The notes under the pieces were generated by a model. That model saw only the letters and a list, made by a program, of their open reading frames with translations. It did not search any database and was not told the origin of the DNA. The position numbers and the translations under genes are program-made. A stretch of DNA of 64,000 bases from Candidatus Poribacteria bacterium (GTDB lineage: Bacteria; Poribacteria; WGA-4E; PCPOR2b), in contig JAJECO010000095.1 in assembly GCA_022822005.1 (NCBI GenBank), positions 360 to 64,359 of the forward strand, in the 5' to 3' direction. Of the stretch, positions 34,946 to 45,275 are shown one piece after another (the stretch's first letter is position 1; each line of letters opens with the position of its first letter).

Positions 34946-35734
34946 ATGAGATCGAAACAGATTAAATCAACTTTAAGAAACGGCGAAGTCATCGTTGGAA
35001 CTTTTGTAATGGAATTTGCCGTGCCATCGATTGCGACCATCTTAGCGAGTGCCGGTGCGGACTTCATTATTGTAGACATGGAGCACACTACCTTCACAAT
35101 GGAGACGGTTGGACGCATCGTCAGAGCGGCAAGGGGTTCAGATCTTCCGAGTATTGTGCGTGTGCCAGACATCGAGCGACATTTTATCTCCCGCGCCCTT
35201 GACGCCGGCGCTTCCGGCGTGATGATCCCGCGCGTGGAATCCCGTAAAGATATCGAAAATGTTGTAGAGTGGGCGAAATACGCGCCAGATGGAGACAGAG
35301 GGGTTGCATTTGGTATCGGTCACACCGATTACGGTGATTTTCGAAAATTAGACGGTGTGAAATATACCCTCCAAGCGAATGAGGAAATTTTCATCATTGG
35401 GCAGATCGAAACCGCGAAGTCGGTGGAGAACATTGATGAGATCCTATCAACCGACGGGCTCGATGCAATATTCCTTGGACCGTATGACCTCTCGACATCG
35501 CTCGGTATTTCGGGTCAACTCGATCACCCATTGATCGTCGAGAGTATTGAAAAGGTCATTGCCAAAGCAAAAGCACGTCAGGTTGTCCTCGGCAGCTACG
35601 TCAACGATTTTGAGAGTGGCAAACGGTGGGCGGATGCGGGTGTTCAGTTGATCGCTTGTGGCAACGACGCTTTCCTCATTACCTGCCGGTTTGCGGAGGA
35701 GAGCGGGAAGTTCAGAGATTATGTATCAGGGTGA
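34946..35734 (+). CDS. HpcH/HpaI (class II pyruvate) aldolase family protein
   Basis: VDMEH, IVRVP, LDAGASGVMIP, QIET, FLGPYDLS. Confidence 0.88.
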   Translation: MRSKQIKSTLRNGEVIVGTFVMEFAVPSIATILASAGADFIIVDMEHTTFTMETVGRIVRAARGSDLPSIVRVPDIERHFISRALDAGASGVMIPRVESRKDIENVVEWAKYAPDGDRGVAFGIGHTDYGDFRKLDGVKYTLQANEEIFIIGQIETAKSVENIDEILSTDGLDAIFLGPYDLSTSLGISGQLDHPLIVESIEKVIAKAKARQVVLGSYVNDFESGKRWADAGVQLIACGNDAFLITCRFAEESGKFRDYVSG

Positions 35735-35738
35735 GTCG

Positions 35739-36752
35739 ATGAACAAACGAACTTATGATATTTTGGCAATCGGACGAAGTTCAATAGATCTCTATTCCAA
35801 CGATATTGGCGCCCCTTTTCCCGAAATCGGGAGTTTTGGCGCGTTTGTTGGGGGCTGTCCAACGAATATCAGCGTTGGGACGCGGAGGCTTGGGCTCCAA
35901 TCTGCTGTGCTCACTGCACTTGGTGAGGATCCGGTGGGCGATTTCATTCTCAAGTTCCTAAATGATGAAGATGTTGAAACAAAGTTTGTCGGTCACAAAC
36001 CAGGGCATCGAACCAGCGCGGTCGTGCTTGGGATCGAACCTCCGGACCGATTCCCGCTTGTCTACTATCGTGACAACTGTGCCGACATTGAATTAACAAT
36101 CGACGATGTCCTCACCGCCCCTATTGCTGACAGTCGGGCGTTACTCATCTCTGGCACTGGGCTCAGTAAAGAACCGAGTCGGAGCGCGAATCTCTTTGCG
36201 GCTGAATATGCCCAATCGGTTGGAACGACCGTATTTTTCGACCTCGATTTCCGCGCAGACCAGTGGCATGACCCTCGTGCATTTGGGGTAGTTGCCAGAT
36301 CAGCATTGCGCGTGGTCGATATTGCACTCGGCACAGAAGAAGAGGTCAAAGCGGCATCACTCTCCGATACTTCACAACTCTCCATTACTCATTCCCAAAT
36401 CTCCAATCCAGATATTGAGGGTGACGTGAACGCAGCAGTTGAGACAATTCTGAGCGGTGGACCGGAAGCATTAGTAATGAAACGTGGAGTTGAAGGCGCA
36501 GACGTCCATCTGTCAAGTGGGCAAGTTATCAACGCAGCTCCATTTCCCGTTGAGGTGTATAACACACTCGGCGCAGGGGATGCCTTCGCCAGCGGTTTTA
36601 TTTATGGGCACCTGAAAGACTGGGGTTGGGAACGGTCTGCCCGCTTGGGCAACGCAACGGGCGCGATTGTCGTCACCCGGCACGGTTGCGCTAACTTTAT
36701 GCCGACGATGGGTGAGGTTGAGGATTTTGTTGAGGAGCGAGGCGGCTGGTGA
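35739..36752 (+). CDS. iolC: 5-dehydro-2-deoxygluconokinase
   Basis: IGRSSIDLY, VGGCPTNI..G..RLGL, IEPPDRFPLVYYR.NCAD, DLDFR..QW, PfkB motif NTLGAGDAF. Confidence 0.92.
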   Translation: MNKRTYDILAIGRSSIDLYSNDIGAPFPEIGSFGAFVGGCPTNISVGTRRLGLQSAVLTALGEDPVGDFILKFLNDEDVETKFVGHKPGHRTSAVVLGIEPPDRFPLVYYRDNCADIELTIDDVLTAPIADSRALLISGTGLSKEPSRSANLFAAEYAQSVGTTVFFDLDFRADQWHDPRAFGVVARSALRVVDIALGTEEEVKAASLSDTSQLSITHSQISNPDIEGDVNAAVETILSGGPEALVMKRGVEGADVHLSSGQVINAAPFPVEVYNTLGAGDAFASGFIYGHLKDWGWERSARLGNATGAIVVTRHGCANFMPTMGEVEDFVEERGGW

Positions 36753-37442
36753 TTGAGTTCAGCGAGCTTTTCCCAACATCCTCAAGAGATACTTTCCATC
36801 ACCGAACGCCGTGCACAAATCTTACTGACGACCTACCGAAACTCGACCCTTGATAATCCGCGTATCAACTGGATCCTGATTCTCATTGTGTCCATGCACA
36901 GAACAGTGGTGTTCACAATGTGAACAGTTCAACCCGAATTACATTACAGATCCAATCCCTACCTTAACGCCCTTCACTACCCTCCAGACTCCGAGCAGAT
37001 CGGTTAAATTTTCATTCCACCTGCATACACATCTCCAGCAACTCTTTCATACAGTTTTGCACATCTAAGGTCAGAAGCAGGTACTAATTTATACAGTGTT
37101 GGGCAACCTATCACCCGTCTGCCCTCTGACTTCTTACGTTACAGACTGACTTTAAGGTTGGGTTCTATGGTATGTAAACCCACAGCCATTCCTCCTAACT
37201 TCATAGGCCTTATACAGCTGGATCCGCCCGCCCCAATCTGAAACTGTACTTCGGTGGTTCAAATCCCCACAAGCCATTAAGACTCCATTTTTCGTTGTCA
37301 GCGAAAGTTTGGCACACAAATTGAACGACAATCACAGGAAGGTTGTCTATACTGGGTTTGTTTCCATGGCGGGGGTTGTGCTCGAATGAACCTGAAAGCC
37401 ACGCCTCCCAAAGCTGACGATTGGAAAAGGAGGACGATTCTC

Positions 37443-39974
37443 ATGAAAAAGGGAAGGTCTTTTGGCTTCAGGCTATTTTTAGTCTCCATCCTGTTTGTAT
37501 CCAGCTCCTTTGCTCAAGATTCCCCGCAATGGCATCTACCCAAGGGAGCCAAAGTACGCCTCGGCAAAGGCAACATAAGTGCTATAGCATATTCTCCGGA
37601 CGGGAACCTCTTGGCAGTGGGGAGTTCCATCGGGGTGTGGATATACGATGTACACACGGGGGCAGAAGTTACTCTGCTCACGGGACACACAACGCCGATC
37701 GAGAGTATAGCGTTCAGTCTGGACGGAAGCACCCTGGCAAGTGGTGGAAGATGGAGTGATAGGACGATACGACTGTGGAATGTCGCAACATGGGGGCTTC
37801 AAGCCACTCTCACTGGGCATACAAGCCGTATCTCAGATATGGCGTTTAGTTTAGATAGCAGCATGCTCGCAAGTGCGAGTGGCGATAAGACAGTGCGGCT
37901 GTGGAACGTGCACACGGGGAAACCCATAGCCACCCTCACGGGACATACAGGGGGCGTCTATGGTATAGCACTTAGCCCGGACGGCAACACACTCGCAACT
38001 GGAAGTAGTGACAAGACAGTACGGTTGTGGGATGCGACCACAGGAGAACTAAAAGCCACCCTTACGGGACATACGGAAAGCATCTATAGTGTTGCATTCA
38101 GTCCAGATGGCAACACACTCGGAACCGGAAGTAATGACGAGACAGTCCGACTGTGGAATATGCCAACAGGAGAGTCCATAGCTACCCTCACAGGACATGT
38201 AGGAGCTGTCGATAGTATAGCATTTAGCCCGGATGGCAGCACACTCGCAACTGGGGGCGGTTGGCGCGATGATACGATACGGTTGTGGCATACGACCACG
38301 CGAGAGTTGAAAGCCATCCTAACAGGACATACGGGCGGATCTGAAAGTATAGCGTTCAGTCCCGATAGCAACACACTCGCAGTCGGAAGTGGCGGGTTGG
38401 TAAGGTTGTGGGCCGTCCCCACCGGGCAATTCAAAGCTATCTTCGCAGAGCATGAGAATAGCAATTCAAATATAGTATTTAGTCCCGATGGCAGCACACT
38501 CGCAACTGGGAGTGGAACGGTGGTGAGGCTGTGGGATGTTGTCACATGGCAGCCCCAAGCCACCTTCATAGGGCATACAGACCAAGTTAGGACTATCGCG
38601 TTCAGTCCGGAAGGTAACACCTTGGCAAGCGGAAGTTCAGACTACACGGTGCGACTGTGGGATGTCGTTACAGGGCAGTTCAAAACGATCCTTATTGGAC
38701 ATACCTACGGTATCAATAGCGTAGCGTTCAGTCCGGATGGTAATACGCTTGCCAGTGGAAACGGACACTGGGACAGGACATTGCGCCTGTGGGATGTTCC
38801 TACCGGGCAACAGCGCGCCACCTTTGTATGGAGAATATCGACTATCACGAGCGTAGCGTTTAGCCCAGATGGCACCATCCTCGCAGCTGGTACTACAGAC
38901 AATGCAATCCAACTGTGGGATCCGGCCACGGGGGAGCACAAAGCCAGCCTCACCGGATATAGACCCTTTATCATAGATATAGTGTTTAGTCCGGACGGTA
39001 CCATGATAGCAGGTGGAGCTCAAGACAAAACAGTGGGACTGTGGGACGTTGCCACAGGACAACTTCAAACTACCCTCGCAGGACAAACATATGATCTCTC
39101 CAGTATCGCGTTCAGTCCGGATGGTCGGACACTTGCAAGTGGGGGTAGGGATAAGATGGTGCGACTGTGGGATGTCTCTACCGGACACCTTCAAGCCACC
39201 TTTATAGGGCATACGGTCAGTGTCCGTAGTGTCGCATTCAATCCCGCTGGCACCATGCTCGCAAGTGGGAGTGCGGACGGTACGGTCCTTCTATGGGAGT
39301 TCACCCCTAGAACAATACTCGGAGATGTCAACCACGATGGTGTGGTGAGCATTTTGGATCTGACGTTCGTTGGGTCAAACTTGGGACAGACAGGGCAGCA
39401 TAATGCCGATATCAACGGAGATAGTATCGTTGATATTCTCGATCTCGTCAAGGTTGCTAGCGTGTTTAGCGAAACCATGATCCCCACCGCGCCGATCGCA
39501 TTCCTATCGCCCGAAAATGGGGAGAAAAGCGGTTCGTCGAATCTCAACCGAGATACGATTCAGGGGTGGATCGATATGGGTCACGCAGCAGATGACGGGT
39601 CGCCCCTCTTTCGGCGAGGTATTCCTGTTCTTGAACAACTCTTAGCAGCATCACCACCACAAGAGACTGCCTCCGTTCCGAGAGTCTCCGACCTGTTACC
39701 CAACTATCCTAACCCATTCAATCCGGAGACGTGGATACCGTATCACCTTGCCAAGGATGCCGATGTGATCTTCACAATTTATGATACAAAAGGCGCACCA
39801 GTGCGTCAACTCGATTTGGGGTATCAACCTGCGGGATATTATACGAATCGAGCAACAGCGGCGTACTGGGATGGTTGCAACGAGAGCAGAGAACAGGTCG
39901 CAAGTGGAGTTTACTTCTATAGCCTGTCCGCAGGGAATTATTCAGCAACGCGGAAGATGCTCATTCTGAAGTAG
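37443..39974 (+). CDS. Secreted WD40-repeat protein A with dockerin-like and FlgD/T9SS-CTD-like tail
   Basis: GGAGG before ATG 37443; signal peptide; about 14 GH...SPDG..LAS...D.TVRLW repeats; DVNHDG/DINGD pair; LLPNYPNPFNPETWIPY...RKMLILK. Confidence 0.9.
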   Translation: MKKGRSFGFRLFLVSILFVSSSFAQDSPQWHLPKGAKVRLGKGNISAIAYSPDGNLLAVGSSIGVWIYDVHTGAEVTLLTGHTTPIESIAFSLDGSTLASGGRWSDRTIRLWNVATWGLQATLTGHTSRISDMAFSLDSSMLASASGDKTVRLWNVHTGKPIATLTGHTGGVYGIALSPDGNTLATGSSDKTVRLWDATTGELKATLTGHTESIYSVAFSPDGNTLGTGSNDETVRLWNMPTGESIATLTGHVGAVDSIAFSPDGSTLATGGGWRDDTIRLWHTTTRELKAILTGHTGGSESIAFSPDSNTLAVGSGGLVRLWAVPTGQFKAIFAEHENSNSNIVFSPDGSTLATGSGTVVRLWDVVTWQPQATFIGHTDQVRTIAFSPEGNTLASGSSDYTVRLWDVVTGQFKTILIGHTYGINSVAFSPDGNTLASGNGHWDRTLRLWDVPTGQQRATFVWRISTITSVAFSPDGTILAAGTTDNAIQLWDPATGEHKASLTGYRPFIIDIVFSPDGTMIAGGAQDKTVGLWDVATGQLQTTLAGQTYDLSSIAFSPDGRTLASGGRDKMVRLWDVSTGHLQATFIGHTVSVRSVAFNPAGTMLASGSADGTVLLWEFTPRTILGDVNHDGVVSILDLTFVGSNLGQTGQHNADINGDSIVDILDLVKVASVFSETMIPTAPIAFLSPENGEKSGSSNLNRDTIQGWIDMGHAADDGSPLFRRGIPVLEQLLAASPPQETASVPRVSDLLPNYPNPFNPETWIPYHLAKDADVIFTIYDTKGAPVRQLDLGYQPAGYYTNRATAAYWDGCNESREQVASGVYFYSLSAGNYSATRKMLILK

Positions 39975-40011
39975 GATCATCACCCGCAATCAATGCGGAG
40001 GAATCTAACCG

Positions 40012-42633
40012 ATGAAAATAATTCGATTTTCCACGCTCATGTTCCTCTCTTTGGCAATACTCGCATTCTCGCCAAATATCCACGCCCAAGACTACACCAC
40101 ATGGAGCTTGCCCGAAGGTGCCAAAGCACGTTTGGGGAAAGGTCAGATAACCGGGGAAATTGCATATTCCCCCGATGGCAGTCGTTTGGCAGTTGTCGGA
40201 GATATTGGGATTTGGATGTACGATGCTGACACCGGTGCAGAACTTGATCTCCTTACAGTACCCACCTCAGTCTCAAGTGTAGCGTTCAGTCCGGATGGCA
40301 CTACATTGGCAAGTGCGAGTTGGGACGACAACATGGTGCAACTGTGGGATGTACAAACAGGTCAGTCCACAGCAACCTTTACAGGACATACGTCTTGGGT
40401 CACTAGTGTTGCATTCAATCCGGATGGTACTATGCTCGCAAGTGGAAGCGAAGACCAAACAATACGTCTGTGGGAAGTTGCCACAAGGCAACTTAAAAAT
40501 ATCCTTATAGATGATCCGGGGGGAGCGAGTAGTATCGCTTTTAGTTCGGATGGTACTATACTCGCAAGTGCAAATTGGGACGAAACAGTACAACTGTGGG
40601 AGGTTGACACAGGACAGCTCATAGCCACCCTTGCAGGGCATAAAGACGCCATCAACAGTATAGCGTTCAGTCCGGATGGTACCGCACTCGCAAGCGGAAG
40701 TTTCGATAAGACGGTGAGGTTGTGGGATGCGCGAACAGGTCAGCCCATAGCGACTCCTACGGAGCATGCGACCCCCATTTATAGTGTCGCATTCAGCCCC
40801 GATAGCACCACACTCGCAAGTGGAAGTTATGACGGCACGGTGCGGTTGTGGGATGCAGAGACAGGTCAGCACAGAGCCATCCTTGTTGGGCATGGAGACA
40901 TTGTCAGTAGTGTGGCGTTCAGTCCGGATGGTAGGACACTGGCAAGTGGGAGTTGGGACAACACCGTGTGGCTGCGGGATACCGTTACGTGGAAACCGGA
41001 AACTGTCCTCAGAGACTATACGGACCGCGTCACCAGTATAGCATTCAGTCCGGATGGCAACACATTGGCAACCGGGGGCGGTTGGCCCAACAACAAGGTA
41101 CGATTGTGGGATGTCCCCACAGGGAAGCATAAAACCACCTTCGGTGGGCATTCGGATGGTGTTAGCAGCGTAGCGTTCAGTTCGGACAACCGTACGCTGG
41201 CAATTGTAGGTTACGACAGCACAGCTGGCGATTCCCGACGCAACAGGATACGACTGTGGGACACAGACACAGGACAACTCACAACTACCATAACGGGCCA
41301 CACGAGTTCTATTTTAAGTGTTGTATTCAGTCCAGATGGTAACACACTTGTCACTGCTGGAGGTTGGGCAGGCAACTCTAGTAGCAGCGATGGGCAAGAC
41401 ATCGCAATACGACTGTGGGATGCGGATACAGGTCGTCTCAAAGCAACTCTCATGGGTGCCACACACGGGGTTAGAGCGGTTGCGTTCAGCCCGGATGGCA
41501 CCATACTCGCAGCTGGGATTCGGGACCGTAATATACAACTGTGGGATGTTGCCGCAAGGCAACTCATTGCAACTCTCAGGGCGGATAAAAATCCTGTCAA
41601 CAGTGTCGTGTTCAGTCCAGATGGTAACATACTTGCAAGCGCGAGTGGGCATGGGGATTGGGGGACAGATGGTGTAGTGCAGTTGTGGGATATTGCCGCA
41701 AGGCAACTCATTGCAACTCTTACGGGGGATCGAAGTTCTGCCAACAGTGTCGCGTTTAGTCCGGCCGGTAGGACACTCGCAAGTGGGCATGGGGATTGGG
41801 ACACGGAGGGCATCGTGCAGCTATGGGATGCTCCCACCCGGGAGCTCATCGCCACCTTCAGGGGGCATACGGAAGAAGTCAGCAGTGTCGCGTTTAGTCC
41901 AGATGGTAGGACACTCGCAAGCGGGAGTGAAGATGGTACAGTGCTCCTATGGAATCTCACGCCTCTGACAGAGACACCGCCGCAGGTGTCCATCTATGAC
42001 CTCAACCAAGATGGCATTGTAAACCTCCTTGACTTGACAATAGTTGGAGAAATGTTTGGGCAAAAGGGAGACGGGTTATCGGGAGACATCAATGGCGATG
42101 GCATGGTCAACATCCTTGATCTGGTTGCTGTCAGTGCACACTTTGATGACACAACAACCTCCGCAGCACCCTTGGTCCATAGAGGAAACCAATCGCTCCT
42201 TTTTACACAAAATGCGGTTGCCATCACCCCCGAAACCATTCGGAGGTGGATCGATACTGCACACACAGCAGATGACGGCTCGCTTATCTTTCGGCGCGGT
42301 ATCACTAATCTCGAAGCGTTGTTAGCTATGCTCACTCCCGCTGAAACCGCCCTGCTCCCAAATTACCCCAATCCGTTTAATCCGGAGACATGGATACCGT
42401 ATCGTCTTGCCCATGCCGCCGATGTGACACTCACCATTTACGATACAAAAGGTGCGCCGGTGCGCCGGTTGGATTTGGGATACCAGTCTGCGGGCCATTA
42501 CACAGATCGGGCAAAGGCAGCCTATTGGGATGGTCGTAACAACAGCGGAGAATCGGTGGCGAGTGGAATTTATCTCTACAGCTTGTCCGCAGGGGATTAT
42601 TCGGCAACACGGAAGATGCTCATTCTGAAGTAG
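40012..42633 (+). CDS. Secreted WD40-repeat protein B with dockerin-like and FlgD/T9SS-CTD-like tail
   Basis: Same architecture; N-terminus QDYTTWSLPEGAKARLGKG. Confidence 0.9.
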   Translation: MKIIRFSTLMFLSLAILAFSPNIHAQDYTTWSLPEGAKARLGKGQITGEIAYSPDGSRLAVVGDIGIWMYDADTGAELDLLTVPTSVSSVAFSPDGTTLASASWDDNMVQLWDVQTGQSTATFTGHTSWVTSVAFNPDGTMLASGSEDQTIRLWEVATRQLKNILIDDPGGASSIAFSSDGTILASANWDETVQLWEVDTGQLIATLAGHKDAINSIAFSPDGTALASGSFDKTVRLWDARTGQPIATPTEHATPIYSVAFSPDSTTLASGSYDGTVRLWDAETGQHRAILVGHGDIVSSVAFSPDGRTLASGSWDNTVWLRDTVTWKPETVLRDYTDRVTSIAFSPDGNTLATGGGWPNNKVRLWDVPTGKHKTTFGGHSDGVSSVAFSSDNRTLAIVGYDSTAGDSRRNRIRLWDTDTGQLTTTITGHTSSILSVVFSPDGNTLVTAGGWAGNSSSSDGQDIAIRLWDADTGRLKATLMGATHGVRAVAFSPDGTILAAGIRDRNIQLWDVAARQLIATLRADKNPVNSVVFSPDGNILASASGHGDWGTDGVVQLWDIAARQLIATLTGDRSSANSVAFSPAGRTLASGHGDWDTEGIVQLWDAPTRELIATFRGHTEEVSSVAFSPDGRTLASGSEDGTVLLWNLTPLTETPPQVSIYDLNQDGIVNLLDLTIVGEMFGQKGDGLSGDINGDGMVNILDLVAVSAHFDDTTTSAAPLVHRGNQSLLFTQNAVAITPETIRRWIDTAHTADDGSLIFRRGITNLEALLAMLTPAETALLPNYPNPFNPETWIPYRLAHAADVTLTIYDTKGAPVRRLDLGYQSAGHYTDRAKAAYWDGRNNSGESVASGIYLYSLSAGDYSATRKMLILK

Positions 42634-42670
42634 GAACGACACTCGCAATCCATGCAGGAGGATCTAACTG

Positions 42671-45238
42671 ATGAAAACAGCACAATTTTCCATGCTCATA
42701 CTCCTTTTTCTGGGAACACTCCTATGCTTATCGAACCTCTACGCTCAAGATTCCCCGCAATGGCATCTGCCCAAGGGAGCCAAAGTACGCCTCGGTAAAG
42801 GTAACATAACTGATATAGCGTATTCTCCGAACGGAAATCTCTTGGCGGTTGGGACTGTCATCGGGATTTGGATATACGATGTGTACACCGGGGCAGAAGT
42901 TACGCTGCTCACGGGGCATACGTCGGCGGTCGAAAGTATAGCATTCAGTCCGGAGGGCACCACGTTGGCGAGTGGGGGAAGTTGGGGTGACGAAACGGTG
43001 CGGCTGTGGGATGTTGCGACATGGAAGCCCAAAGTAGCCCTCACCGGGCACAAGGGCAGTATTAATTGTGTAGTGTTTAGCCCGGACGGCACTATGCTCG
43101 CAAGTGGGGGTTCAGACAAAGTAGTGCAGCTGTGGGATGCGCGGACAGGACAGCCTATGGCAAGGCTCGTCGCGCATACACGTTGGATCAGTAGTATAGC
43201 GTTTAGTCCGGACAGCACCACGCTCGCAAGCGGAGGAGGTTGGGGCGACGACACAGTGCTGCTGTGGGATACAACCACGCTGGTGCAGGATACAATCACG
43301 GGAGACACGAAAGCCACCCTTAAAGGCCATACGAACGGTGTCGAAAGTGTTGTGTTCAGTCCGGATGGTACTATGATCGCAAGTGGGGGAAGTCGTAACG
43401 ACGGGACGGTGCGGCTATGGGGTGCACACACAGGGAGGCCCATAACTACCCTCTCAGGATATACGAATTGGGGTTCAAATATAGCGTTCAGTCCGGAGGG
43501 CACCACGCTCGCGACCGGAGGAGGTGATAACGACGAGACAATACAGCTATGGCATATGACAGGAGAACTAAAAGCCACTCTTAGGCATACAGGCAGTATC
43601 GGAAATATAGCGTTCAGTCCCGATGGTACCACACTCGCCAGTGTGGCTGACAGTGAGGTGTATCTATGGGATGCACAAACAGGGCAATTCAAAACCACCT
43701 TCGCAGATCATAAAGGTGGAGGTTCAAGTGTCGCGTTTAGTCCGGATGGCACCACCCTTGCCACTAGCAGTGGAAGGATAGTGCAGGTATGGGATACTGC
43801 GACATGGCAGCCCGAAGGTATCCTCACGGGGCATACCGGCCCTGTTCGGACGATAGCATTCAGCCCGGATAGTAGGACATTAGCGAGTGGAAGTTCAGAC
43901 TACACGGCCCGACTCTGGGACGTCCCCACCGGGCAGCTCAAAACCGTCCTTATTGGGCATACGTACGGTATCAACAGTGTGGCGTTCAGTCCGGATGGCG
44001 CCACGCTTGCTACTGGAAACGGACAATGGGACAGGACGTTGCGTCTCTGGAATGTTACCACTGGACAACAGTACGCCACCTTTATGCGCCGCCTAGCGAG
44101 TATTGATAGTGTAGCGTTCAGTCCGGATGGCACCACCCTCGCCAGTGGAAATTCGGACGGCACAATCCTCCTGTGGGATCCCGTTACAGGAAGACACAAA
44201 GCCACGATTGCAGCCCACACAGACTTTATCAGGGATATAGCGTTCAGTCCGGACGGCAGAACGCTGGCAATCGGAGGACAGGAACTGGCGACTAGTGATC
44301 GCACCAATAACAATACGGTACGGCTATTGGACGTTGCTACTGGACAACGGCAAGCCACCCTCGCCGCCCATAGGTGGGATGCCCTCGGCGTGACGTTCAG
44401 TCCCAATGGTAGGACACTCGCGAGTGGGGGTTCGGACAACATGGTGCGACTATGGGATGTTCCGACCAGGCAGCTCAAAGCTACCCTTGTCGGGCATACA
44501 AGCAGTGTCAACAGTGTAGCGTTCAGTCCGGACGGCACCACACTCGCAAGTGGGAGTCATGACGGCACGGTCCTTCTATGGGAGTTCACTCCAACAACGA
44601 AACCCGGCGATGTCAACCACGATGGTGTGGTGAGCATTTCGGATCTGACATTCGTTGGGTCAAACTTGGGACGAACGGGGAAGCATAATGCCGATGTCAA
44701 CAGGGATGGCATTGTTGATATTCTCGATCTCGTCAAGGTTGCCAGTATATATAGCGAAACAATGATCCCCACCGCGCCGATCGCATCTCTGATCCCTGAT
44801 AGAGAAAAGCGAGGGAATCTGTCAAATCCCCACCGAGATACGATTCAGGGGTGGATCAATATGGCTCACGCAGCAGATGACGGGTCGCTCATCTATCAGC
44901 GCGGCATTGCCGTTCTCAAACAACTCTTAGCAGCATTGCCACCGCAGGAGACTGCGTTGTTGCCCAATTACCCTAACCCATTCAACCCAGAGACATGGAT
45001 ACCGTATCGACTCGCTCACGCCGCCGATGTAACCCTCACCATTTATAACATAAAAGGCGCACCAGTGCGCCAACTCGATTTGGGGTTTCAACCCGCGGGG
45101 AACTATACCGATCGGATAAAGGCAGCCCATTGGGATGGTCGCAACAAGAGCGGAGAACCGGTGACGAGTGGGGTTTACTTTTATAGCTTGTCCGCAGGAA
45201 ATTATTCGGCAACACGGAAGATGCTCATCTTGAAGTAG
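42671..45238 (+). CDS. Secreted WD40-repeat protein A' (paralogue of 37443)
   Basis: QDSPQWHLPKGAKVRLGKG and GDVNHDGVVSI.DLTFVGSNLG shared with gene A. Confidence 0.9.
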   Translation: MKTAQFSMLILLFLGTLLCLSNLYAQDSPQWHLPKGAKVRLGKGNITDIAYSPNGNLLAVGTVIGIWIYDVYTGAEVTLLTGHTSAVESIAFSPEGTTLASGGSWGDETVRLWDVATWKPKVALTGHKGSINCVVFSPDGTMLASGGSDKVVQLWDARTGQPMARLVAHTRWISSIAFSPDSTTLASGGGWGDDTVLLWDTTTLVQDTITGDTKATLKGHTNGVESVVFSPDGTMIASGGSRNDGTVRLWGAHTGRPITTLSGYTNWGSNIAFSPEGTTLATGGGDNDETIQLWHMTGELKATLRHTGSIGNIAFSPDGTTLASVADSEVYLWDAQTGQFKTTFADHKGGGSSVAFSPDGTTLATSSGRIVQVWDTATWQPEGILTGHTGPVRTIAFSPDSRTLASGSSDYTARLWDVPTGQLKTVLIGHTYGINSVAFSPDGATLATGNGQWDRTLRLWNVTTGQQYATFMRRLASIDSVAFSPDGTTLASGNSDGTILLWDPVTGRHKATIAAHTDFIRDIAFSPDGRTLAIGGQELATSDRTNNNTVRLLDVATGQRQATLAAHRWDALGVTFSPNGRTLASGGSDNMVRLWDVPTRQLKATLVGHTSSVNSVAFSPDGTTLASGSHDGTVLLWEFTPTTKPGDVNHDGVVSISDLTFVGSNLGRTGKHNADVNRDGIVDILDLVKVASIYSETMIPTAPIASLIPDREKRGNLSNPHRDTIQGWINMAHAADDGSLIYQRGIAVLKQLLAALPPQETALLPNYPNPFNPETWIPYRLAHAADVTLTIYNIKGAPVRQLDLGFQPAGNYTDRIKAAHWDGRNKSGEPVTSGVYFYSLSAGNYSATRKMLILK

Positions 45239-45275
45239 GATTGGCACCCGGAATCAATACGGAGGGACCCAACCA

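Noticed and set aside
37250-37275. tRNA-like GGTTCAAATCC
   Set aside because: T-stem does not pair fully; no acceptor, D or anticodon arms could be built
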